Source: the human T2T-CHM13v2.0 reference genome, Homo sapiens. Taken from it: a stretch of 64,000 nt of DNA. Location of the stretch: NCBI RefSeq assembly GCF_009914755.1, contig NC_060932.1; one strand, written 5' to 3'. The notes beneath the pieces were generated by a model. That model was not told the DNA's origin, did no database searches, and worked only from the letters and a program-made list of their open reading frames with translations. How positions within the stretch are numbered: position 1 is the stretch's first letter; every line of letters starts with the position of its first letter. Shown piece after piece: positions 13,314 to 23,536 of the stretch. A program made the translations under genes and the position numbers.

Positions 13314-13472
13314 ACAGATGTTGAAGAGTGGACTTCCTGGGATGAAGATGCACCCACCAGTGTAAAGATCGAAGGAGGGAATGGGAATGTGGCAACACAA
13401 CAAAATTCTTTGGAACAACTGGAACCTGACTATTTTAAGGACATGACACCAACTATTAGGAAAACTCAGAAA
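13314..13472 (+). CDS. EBAG9: EBAG9 coding exon 3 (TDVEEWTSWDEDAPTSVKIE...DMTPTIRKTQK)
   Basis: aaatttag|ACA acceptor, AAA|gtatgt donor. 159 nt, 53 codons, no stop. Confidence 0.96.
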
Positions 13473-13570
13473 GTATGTTAAGATTTATGCTTTTGGAGAT
13501 TAAACTACTTTTTAGATTCCTATAGTTAAAATTAGGTGATACAATTCACATTTATTAGAAAGCCTATTTC

Positions 13571-13966
13571 TTTTTTTTTTTTTAATACTTTAAGTTTTAG
13601 GGTACATGTGCACAACATGCAGGTTAGTTACATATGTATACATGTGCCATGTTGGTGTGCTGCACCCATCAACTCGTCATTTAACATTAGGTATGTCCCT
13701 AATGCTATCCCTCCCCTCTCCCCCAACCCCACAACAGGCCCCAGTGTATGATGTTCCCCTTCCTATGTCCATGTGTTCTCATTGTTCAGTTCCCACCTAT
13801 GAGTGACAACATGCAGTGTTTGGTTTTTTGTCCTTGCGATAGTTTGCTGAGAATGATGGTTTCCATCTTCATCCATGTCCCTATGGAGGACATGAACTCA
13901 TCCTTTTTTATGGCTGCATAGTATTCTATGGTGTATATGTGCCACATTTTCTTAATCCAGTCTATC
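13571..13966 (-). mobile_element. L1PA 3' end (about 400 bp, 5'-truncated)
   Basis: tactttaagttttagggtacatgtgcacaac... matches a primate L1 3' UTR; ORF-track DWIKKMWHIYTIEYYAAIKKDEFMS is the ORF2 C-terminus; TSD AGC(C/A)TATTTCT. Confidence 0.95.
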
Positions 13967-15519
13967 AGCATATTTCTAATTATCAGTTGTTTGTTTTCTG
14001 TCATGTTAAGTAAGAATTTTATATGTTCAAATGACCTAGACATAGTTCTAGTAAGTTGTACCCCAAGTCTTTTAAAATTATATTTATATATGTATCGAAA
14101 TCCTACTATATGTCAGATTCTAGACTCCAGTCTCTGCCATGGAGACTAAGGTGAATTGGATAAGAGTTCTAACAAGTTTGTACTTCAGTAATATCTACAA
14201 ACTGATAGGTAGAGTTTATTGTTTGTAACCATTATAAAACTGATGCAGGACTCTAAGAACTTAAGAGTAATTGTGAGTTTGTGTTAGTCATCCATACATT
14301 ATTTAATCCCTTTTGAATTGAATATGGAAGATCATTTAGAGATGCAGGGAATTACTGGAAAAAACAGAATGCTTGAGTATTTTCGTTTTTATTTATCAAA
14401 ATAGTACATGTACTTTTTTTAAATCAAAAACTGTAGAAGAACTTATAATGAAAAGTGAGACTTCTGACCCATCACTCTTAGCCAGTTCTTCCAAGAAACA
14501 GCCACTCAATAATTTTCTGTTTGGATTTCTTCAAGTGTTTGTCATCGTATCTATCTATATGGTTATATTGCCATTTCTTGTTTACCAGTAACAGACATTG
14601 TCCACTGACATTCATACTATGGTAAATGAAGATTTATTTCTTACTACCATTCCCTCTCCTTTATTCCAGTCTACCTCACTAATCACTCTGCTATATCAGA
14701 AAAACACACTTAAAGTTCACTTTCTTATTCAAACATAGAAAATATTTTTATCATATATATATATAAACACACACACATACACACTTCATAAAAATTAGGA
14801 CATTATTTCACATTTTCTAATACAGTTGTTCCTCACCTTCTTTCTCTCAGCTGATTTCAGCTATACATTTATATTTACATTGTCTAGGTTGATAACATTT
14901 ACATTCTTTGTTGTTGAGTTGTCCAAATGTCTCAATGCTAAAACACATTAAATTGTGTATTTTTAAAGGATCCTTTAAGTGAGTTTCTTAATAGATGAAT
15001 ACCTTGCATTGTGGAAGTATACTGCTGCTCTCAGTAGGAACCTAGTATATTGCTATAGTGCCTTATTAAATTAGTTAGAATGGAAATGCTTTAAATGAGG
15101 CTACCAACATATCATATAAGTGTATTTTGATGCTACTGGCCTGAATGAGTTAATGTATTCATAGGTATCTCACATGCTGAGAGAGTTGTTAATACTATTG
15201 GCAGGATATGATACCTGTTGTTATTTAATACAGTAACTAAAAGTGATTGATTATATTTTGAGGTCTGGGGAAAGTAGGATAGAAAGAAAGAAAATGGGCC
15301 TGTATTAATTTTTAAAAGTGAAATACAATTTTTCTTAGTATGTAACTGATTTGTACAACAATTCCCTGGGAAATTGGTATTTACAGACTTTTTTTTTAGT
15401 TTTTACATTATAAATTTTAAGAAGAAATATTTTAAGTAATTAGAAAATGTTTTGGTTGTCTATTTTTATGTAGTGATTTGTAAAAGATCCCTATAATTCT
15501 TTTTCAATTAATCTTTCAG

Positions 15520-15627
15520 ATTGTTATTAAGAAGAGAGAACCATTGAATTTTGGCATCCCAGATGGGAGCACAGGTTTCTCTAGTAGATTAGCAGCTACA
15601 CAAGATCTGCCTTTTATTCATCAGTCT
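15520..15627 (+). CDS. EBAG9: EBAG9 coding exon 4 (IVIKKREPLNFGIPDGSTGFSSRLAATQDLPFIHQS)
   Basis: tctttcag|ATT acceptor, TCT|gtaagt donor. 108 nt in frame. Confidence 0.97.
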
Positions 15628-16174
15628 GTAAGTATGTTAATGGTTCTAGGGAAGGGTTTTGTTGTATTTCTGTTTTCTTTAAAGCAGAGGAATAAAATCT
15701 AAATGAGTTTAACATAGTATTTATATTTTTGTAACTTTGAAACAGGTTTAGCAGTTTGATAGAAGTTAATCTGGAGTTTTACCAATCCTAACCTTTTATG
15801 AGATTGTAAATTACCTTAGATACTAAGATCAAGGTCTCATTGTACACATGAAAGATAGAGATACAATGTTATTTAAAAATATAAACATCAGAGAGATTAC
15901 CATTAAAATGAGAGATTAACCCTAATGGTAGATTATTTTAAAGTGAGTTATGAATTGTTTTCTTCATAGAGTGTATTTTCATTCAAAGTATGACTTAATT
16001 TTAAACGGTTTGACTTAAATGAAACTTTTTAAAGGAAAAATTTATGAAACAAGTAGACAGCTGAGGTTCTCAACCTTGGGAGCATATCAGAATCAGCTTT
16101 GGAGGTTTTTTAAAAGCACAAATGTCCAGACCCCTCCCTACCTAAGCTTTAAGCATGCTTTGATTGATTGATTA

Positions 16175-16705
16175 TATTATCTGTTGTTGTGTAACAACTC
16201 CAAATTCAGTGACTTAAAATAATTACAAATATTAATGTAACACAGTTTCTGTGGATTGGGAATCCAGGTGACTAAACTGGGTGGTTCTAACTCAGAATTT
16301 CTCATGAGTTTGCAGACAAGTCATTGGGTTGGGGCTACAATCATCTGAAGGCTTGATTGTGGTCGAAGGATTCATTTCAAAGACAGCTCACTTCTACACC
16401 TGACAAATTAATGCTATTTGTTTGCACAAAGCCTCAGTTCCTTGCTGTGCACCTCTCCAAGGAGCTGCTTGAATTTCTTTATGATGTAACTCCTGATTTT
16501 CCCAGTAAGTTATAAGACGGTGAGAGCACTTGCTCATGGGTGAGGGTGACACCACAATGCCTTTTTGTGATGTGGTTTTATAAGTGATACACTGTCACTT
16601 CCATGTTATTTCATTAGAAGCCACTAAATCCAGCCCACATGCAAGCCTCCACCTCTTGAAGGAAGGAATGTCAAAGAATTTGTGGACATATTTTTAAATT
16701 ACATC
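16175..16705. mobile_element. MaLR solo LTR (MLT1-type)
   Basis: tgtgtaacaactccaaattcagtgacttaaaat...ggggctacaatcatctgaaggcttgat...ccacctcttgaaggaagg pattern. Confidence 0.7.
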
Positions 16706-17759
16706 TGTCTGTCAATCTATGTATTTTATTTGTTTGTTTAAACTGCACAGTTGCTTCTGAGGTCCCTCTTCCCAGGGGACCCATGTATATGTATGTTTTT
16801 AATTCATTGAGTAAAAACACTGTTTTTACTAAAGCCAGGCCCTGTGGCATTAAAGGGTCTTTGCCTCAGAAAAATGCATTCTAGTAGGGGAGACATGATA
16901 TTAAATGAATGATCACACACGTCAATATAATTACAAACTTTGATAATTCCTATGCAGTTACACGATGCTATGAACACATAACACCATAAATACTTAGCTG
17001 AATAACATAGCATTATAATGTTTTTTATTTTATATATCTCAAAATTAAATTTTATTCATAAATGTTTGATCCATATTGGTGAAATGCTTTAATCCCACCC
17101 ACTGAATTAGCAATATTTGCCACCTAAATATAATTATAATACTATCATAGCTCATTGTAAAGTTTTAAATATACAACTACTTACAGAGTTGAGAAGGGGT
17201 AAATAGGGTAGATGGAGAATGTCTCCACTGCTATTTCCACGTATTTTCCTCCCAAGCAGACAGAATAAAGGGGCATTGCATAGGAGAGGATGGTAACCTA
17301 TTGGACTTTGTTTTCTATACCAAAAATATCTTACCATTCATTCTACAAATTAGATTCTTCTTTTAAACTACACATTTTATTCTTTTCTAGAATTCATCAT
17401 TCGTATTGTTGTGAGAGTTCTTTTATACCAAAGATAAATGTCATGTTTTATACTTTTTTAGTTTGTTAATTGGTTTGGATATTTTTGTTGGGCAGGTGTA
17501 TTTAGTTTTTATGTAGACAAATCTATCAATGGTTTCCCCCTTTTCCTTTTTACTAAGGCCATCTCTACTAAAGGATCAGATACCACCCTTTTTAATGGTC
17601 TCTATAGTTTTACTTTTTAAAAAAAATCTAAATATTTTATGTACTCTAACAGTCAAATACTTTAGTGGAAGAATAGATAATATGAATGGGAAATTTACAA
17701 ATAAGAAATAGACATAACCTAATTTGAAGAAAAGCTTGATCTTATTAGTGCTCAAAGTA

Positions 17760-18062
17760 GGCCCAGTGAGGTGTTACATGCCTGTAATCTCAGCACTTTG
17801 GGAGGCCAAGGCGGGCAGGTCACTTGAGCTCAGGAATTCGAGACCAGCCTAGGCAACATGGCGAAATCCCCCCTCTACAAAAATTAAAAAGTTAGCTGGG
17901 TGTGGTGGTGCGTGCCTGTAGTCCTCGCTACTTGGGAGGGACTGGGGTAAGAGGATTGCTTGAACCCAAGAGGTCGAGGCTGCCGTGAGCTGTGATCACA
18001 CCACTACACTCCAGCCTAGGTGACAGAGTGAGACCTTGTCTCAAACAAAACAAAGTAAAATA
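17760..18062 (+). mobile_element. Alu (J-type)
   Basis: Dimeric Alu with GAGGTCGAGGCTGC...GTGATCACACCAC J diagnostics; degenerate (CAAAA)n tail. Confidence 0.93.
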
Positions 18063-18112
18063 ACAAGATACAATTTTAAATCTTGTCAAATTAGTAAAGA
18101 TAGAAAAGAAAG

Positions 18113-18411
18113 CCAGCCGAGTGCAGTGGCTCACACTTGTAATCCCAGCAATTTGGGAAATTGAGGCAGGAGGATCACTTGAGTTCAGGAGTTCAAGACC
18201 AACCTGAGCAACATAGCTAGACCTCATCTCTAAAAAAATGTAAAAAACAATCAGCCAGGTGTGGTGGCATGTGCCTATAGTCCCAGCTACTAGGGCAGCC
18301 GAGGTGGGAGGATCCCTTGAGCCCGGGAGTTTGAAGCTGCAGTGAACCATGATCACACCATGCACTCCAGCCTGGGCAACAAAGTGAAACGCTGATTCCT
18401 AAAAAAAAAAA
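18113..18411 (+). mobile_element. Alu (J-type), tandem with the previous one
   Basis: Dimeric Alu with GGAGTTTGAAGCTGCAGTGAACCATGATC and an A tail. Confidence 0.93.
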
Positions 18412-19422
18412 GGGAGAAGAAAAGGCAGGATTTCTACCTACTGCGGTCAAGAGGATAACTTGGTACTTTTCAAGGCTGTCATTTGCACTTTGTTTCAGTA
18501 GCTTTAAAAATCCTCCTTTCAGAAATGTATATTAAATAATTAGAAATATTTTAAGAATTTTTAACAGAGTATGGTATTACATATATTCTCAGGAGAAGAA
18601 AACTCAAAACATTCTATTTCATTTTTAGGGGTAAGTATTTAAAACAATATGATATTAAATAAATGTGTTCACAGATTGGTACCAGTTATTTTACACACAG
18701 TCACTTCCACACCTACCTAAACAGTCCAGCATGACCATTTTCATTGGTTATTGAAAGAAAACAGTGAACTTTTAGAGGTCTGGCTTGGGAAATAGAGGTA
18801 GGGACCAGTAGATGATACCAGGTAAGAAAGACTGGGAAAAGGAAGCATGACCTAGAAGTATTTCATTAAAGATAAATTTTGCATGATTTGTCATTTTTGC
18901 CTAGGATTGAGACAGTAAGTGCCAATAAAAAATCTCCAGTAAGTTACATATGCTTAAATGAAGAATGACTGTGCTAGTTTTTGAACTTCAGCTCGCAGTT
19001 CTTCTCAGCACAGATTAGTCCAGTCAAGGATTTCTAATTCAGTCTGGGATCAGTCAGTTTCTTGTCACTCTATCCCCAGCTCCCTCATCTTACTGAGGAG
19101 AGAAAGAAACAAAAGACATGTTCTGTTCTTGTTCCTTCCAAAATAAAGTACAGCAAAGAAGAGAATTTAAGAGAGTATCCCATGAAACATAAAGAAGAAA
19201 GCTGGCCTTGCCTAGGACTGTTGAACACTGAAAGTCATACATCAGTTCTAGGCAAGCCAAAAGCAAAATCATCTGTGCCTTGTATAGGACAGGGTAAGGA
19301 AGCTGAGAAGACATAGGAGAATGACAGGTTCTGAGTTATGTGTTAAAAGATACTCTTTTTAACGGCTATGTGGAGAAAGGATGGCTTTTACTCTCTTAAT
19401 TTTGTTTTACTTTTCATTGTAG

Positions 19423-19514
19423 TCTGAATTAGGTGACTTAGATACCTGGCAGGAAAATACCAATGCATGGGAAGAAGAAGAAGATGCAGCCTGGCAAGCA
19501 GAAGAAGTTCTGAG
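19423..19514 (+). CDS. EBAG9: EBAG9 coding exon 5 (SELGDLDTWQENTNAWEEEEDAAWQAEEVLR)
   Basis: ttttcattgtag|TCT acceptor, AG|gtattt donor. 92 nt, ends in phase 2. Confidence 0.97.
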
Positions 19515-21283
19515 GTATTTGAGTGGCATTTATATTGCAACCTGAGTAGAAGAACTAGATTTCTTCCCTGCTGTGTTTCAAGTCAAGGGAGCCTATTTTG
19601 CCAAATATTATATTTTTCTTCATTTGATCCTTAGATAATAAGGACTTTTTTTTTTGTATTTCAGACTGCAGATACTATTTTATATGATTAAAACCTCACA
19701 GAAACCAAGAATTTTAAGCTCTATAGGAACAAAATAACTTTATTAATGGCAAATGGAGTGTTATATATACATGTATATAAAAGGTTTTATATATATGTTT
19801 TATATATATATATATAAGGTTATATGCATATACATACCATATTACAAGCTTGATATTCCTCTAGGTCAGAAGTTACAACTTTATTTCCATTTCCTCATGA
19901 TCTAGCATAGTGCCCAGTACTGCTCATTTGAGTGAAAATAACTTATGTGACACTCTACATTTGTACATATATCTTAAATGATGTCCATGAAAGCCCTATG
20001 TGTTAGATGAACTACCCATTCTGCAAAAAAATACTATTCTGGAAGTTTTAAAGTTCATTTTTATTGGTTGTTCTTTTTTGTGTGTGAGCAGCAAACATAT
20101 TTCTTAGTACTGCTACATTAGGTCAAAGAGTAAAGAGAAAATTTATCTTAAGGGAGAGCTAGTGACTGATTACTGCTTTTTAAAAGTCAGATATTTAAAT
20201 GCATCTAAAGAATTCATACATTTTTTAAATTGTGTAGTAAGATACAGCAATATAAATTTTTTTATTTTAAAATTGAGATTGTTTTTACCATAGGAATAGC
20301 AGACAAATTATTCTTTATCTGACTCAACAAAAAAACTGATTTCATTTTTGTATTTTCCTTTCTTGGCTTTGTCAATAAATTACAGTTACTGTGAACAACC
20401 AGCAGAGGGTGCAGCTAAATAACTGGGAATTTTGTTTGAAGTTTTTGTTTTTTTCCTTTGAAATATATCAAGCCCTTTTTTTTTTTTTTTTTTTGCAGGT
20501 TAGGGGACGTCACATTTCAAAATTCAGTCAGTAAAATTGTGAGAGTTTTTAAAATTTAGTTCTTATTTAATCAGTATAGCTTATCTTTTATAAAGGGAAT
20601 ATTTTTTAAATTGTGAACTATAACACTTAGGATATTGCATGGATCATCAAAAAAGATAAATCATCTCTTTAAAATTCTGTGTTATTTTAAAAAACAAATA
20701 ATAGATACAGATGTCTGAGTATTTTAAGACATTTTGGGGATTCTAGTAATTATTAGTGCCATTAACCACAAAGACAAAGGAAGGGGTCTGTCCTTTTTAA
20801 ATACAGTAATCTCACTGTAGAGTTCAAGCCATGAGTTCACAAGTATCTTAATATTGTACAAAAACCTTTTCTTTTTCATTCTAGCCTCTTAACCCCTAAG
20901 CAAAACAAATGAAAAAATGTACTTAAAAACTTAATGTTTTACCCTTTAAGGACAGCTTGGGAGAGTGAGATTGTTAATCCGTAATAGACATGCTTCATGC
21001 CGCAAGTACATAGGTAGAGCCAAAGAGAAATGGAGGTGTCAGTACATTGTTACTGCCCCTGAATAGACATTGAGCATTTTAAAAGTGTATCCACATTCCG
21101 TATTGTCTAACTCTGAGCTTTTTTCCTGTTGCCACTATAAATAATGCCAGTACTGTGATCAGTATTGCTAAGAATGAAGATTCTGGTACTTTAATAATTC
21201 CCAGCATGAATCTGGATAGGTAAAATGTATTTTTGTCTGCAGCTATCTCGTAAGTTGTCTCTTTTATACTTTAGTTTTTGATA

Positions 21284-21517
21284 CAGATTGGGTATCCCTT
21301 TCCAAAATGCTTGGGACCAGAAGTGTTTCAGATTTTGAAATTTTTGAGAGTTTAGAATATTTGTGTTCTGCTGCTAGTTCATCATCCCAAATATGAAAAT
21401 CTAAAATCTGAAATGCTCCAATGAGAATTTCCTTTGAGCATCAGGTAGGCCCTCAGAAAGTTTCAGATTTTGGAGCATTTCAGATTTCGGATTTTTGTAT
21501 TTGGGATGCTCAGCCCT
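21284..21517. mobile_element. Tigger-family MITE (Tigger4a/MER46A-like)
   Basis: TA|cagattgggtatccc...gggatgctcagccct|TA terminal inverted repeats with internal ttcagatttt repeats. Confidence 0.75.
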
Positions 21518-21981
21518 TATATTATTTCAGCTAGTAACCAGGTCAAAACTTCGTTATCTTACTTGTTTATAACCTAGCCAGCCCTTTATAATTTTTTCTC
21601 TACCTCCCTTTTTTCTTCTGGTTTGACATTTTTAGTTCAGATTATTAGTTTTTATTGAACATCAGCAGAGTGATGAAAAACAGATTTTTTAAAACTATTC
21701 TTCAGAAATTGATAGCAAAAGTCAAAATGTTGCCAAAAATAGTTTCTTTACTTTCTTGAATTTTGGTCATCCATAACTCTGCCTACTCCTGTTTATGACT
21801 GAGAACTGTACATACATTTCACTCACTGTAGTTAATATTGAGCTCCCCCAGACATAGATAATCCACTTTGGATTTTTCTGCATATAACCTAATGTTGCCT
21901 ATTCCATGCCCAATTGTGACCTGTAGCTTCCTTCCTCAACGTTGCATACTTGAATGATTTTCTCACACCCTAACCCTTCAG

Positions 21982-22120
21982 ATCCAGGACCAATGTATGT
22001 TTACTCTGCTCTCTCCTGTTTCATCATCCCACTCCTACCTCCACTCCCTACATTAACCAATCAGTAAAGATAGAGAGAGTGAGTCTGGGTCAGTGGAGTT
22101 ACGGAAAGAGTAAGGAACAG
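21982..22120 (+). CDS. EBAG9: Candidate EBAG9 alternative cassette exon (SRTNVCLLCSLLFHHPTPTSTPYINQSVKIERVSLGQWSYGKSKEQ)
   Basis: cccttcag|A acceptor, strong CAG|gtatgt donor. 139 nt, stop-free in the EBAG9 frame; it rejoins the native frame only through the downstream tandem acceptors of the last exon (23028 or 23031). Confidence 0.6.
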
Positions 22121-22163
22121 GTATGTATTTCACAAAGTATGATTAGTAAATACCTACCACTCT

Positions 22164-22435
22164 TTTTTTTTTTTTTTTAAACTTAAGTTCAGGGGGACAT
22201 GTGCAGGATGTGCAGGTTTGTTACACAGGTAAACATGTGTCAAGGGGGTTTGTCGTACAGATATTTCATCAGCCAGGTATTAAACCTAGTATCCATTAGT
22301 TATTTTTCCTGATCCTCTCCCTCCGTCTAACCTCAGCCTTTCCGGTAGGCCCCAGTATGCATTGTTCTCCTCTATGTGTTCATGTGTTCTCATCATTTAG
22401 CGCCCACTTATAAGTGAGAACATGCAGTATTTGAT
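22164..22435 (-). mobile_element. Older L1PA 3' end fragment
   Basis: Poly(T), aagttcagggggacatgtgcaggatgtgcaggtttgttacac...cccacttataagtgagaacatgcagtatttg; TSD taaatacc(t/c)accactct. Confidence 0.9.
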
Positions 22436-23023
22436 TAAATACCCACCACTCTTCTCTTTGGTAGAGTTAGTCACATGTTAATCCTGAAATTTACTTGGTG
22501 GAAGGTGTATCTTAAGTTTCCATTTTCTTTTTGGAGCGTGTGTTCTGTTCAGCTGTGTTCATCATGCACTTTAAAAACTGGCTGTTTGTAACTACTATAA
22601 TAACAGGAGATTATCAAGCTCAATATCAAGCTTTTCTGAATGGTATCCCCAGAAAAAGATGTGGTTCAATGGAAGTATTGTTTTACAAAATGGAGATAAT
22701 CTAAATAAGAAGTGTCAGAAGATGTGAGTTCTTATCCCTGTACTTAATCCTATGACTTCGGGCAAGTCACTTAGCCTTTATGCCTCATTTTACTTATTTG
22801 TAAAATAGAGATAATATTTCTTCTATTTCACAAGTCACGTTCTAAGGACTAAGAGAAATCCTGTTTTTGAAAATATTTGGAATTTTCAAATTAGTGAGAA
22901 AATTTTAAGACTTTCAACATTTTATTTGGTGATAATAAAAAGGCACTGCTATTTCTTTCTAGAATTTATTTGCCATTTTACCTGTTTGGTATTTTCTAAA
23001 AGTAAAAGTATGTTTCTTTTCAG

Positions 23024-23144
23024 ACAGCAGAAACTAGCAGACAGAGAAAAGAGAGCAGCCGAACAACAAAGGAAGAAAATGGAAAAGGAAGCACAACGGC
23101 TAATGAAGAAGGAACAAAACAAAATTGGTGTGAAACTTTCATAA
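23024..23144 (+). CDS. EBAG9: EBAG9 last coding exon (coiled-coil QQKLADREKRAAEQQRKKMEKEAQRLMKKEQNKIGVKLS*)
   Basis: tttcttttcag|A acceptor; TAA at 23142-23144. Total spliced CDS 642 nt = 213 aa + stop; overlaps ORF-track 22926..23144. Confidence 0.97.
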
Positions 23145-23450
23145 CACATGTTCAAATTTTATCATGCCAGTAGGAGAAATCTCAGCTCCACAACCCAAGC
23201 AACATTTGTATGGATTTAAGAGTATTTTAAGAAGACATACTGCTTGATTTTAATACATTGATCAGGCCATCCAGGACACCACGATTCTCCCAAAGTACCT
23301 TGAACTCTTAGTGATTGAGACTCAAAAAAACAAAAAAGACTTGAGACAATGTTTTCTTCAACATGCTCCAAATATAAGACATTTGTTTGCTGTACAGAAA
23401 GTATCACAAATGGAATATATCAGTACCTCTCAAGCTAGTGTTTCTAGCTA

Positions 23451-23536
23451 AATAAATGGGTGTATATAATTTTATGGTGGAAAAGAACTGTACTGTCTGT
23501 TATGATTTCCTTCAATGTGCATAATGATAAAATAAA
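23451..23536 (+). terminator. EBAG9 proximal polyadenylation signals (AATAAA at 23451-23456 and 23531-23536)
   Basis: Two canonical hexamers 0.3-0.4 kb after the stop, with nearby TGTA motifs and a T-rich tract (ttcttttgtttcc) downstream of the second. Confidence 0.7.

Noticed and set aside
17928-18450. 145-aa and 77-aa ORFs, and similar ones at 2395, 3710, 3825, 5991, 6138, 37768, 37866, 42209, 47369, 50134 and 61167
   Set aside because: Wholly or partly translations of Alu sequence (LECSG, SDPPASAS, GFHHV-type peptides).
22926-23023. Hydrophobic N-terminal part of the 72-aa ORF
   Set aside because: Intron sequence and polypyrimidine tract that happen to be in frame with the last EBAG9 exon.
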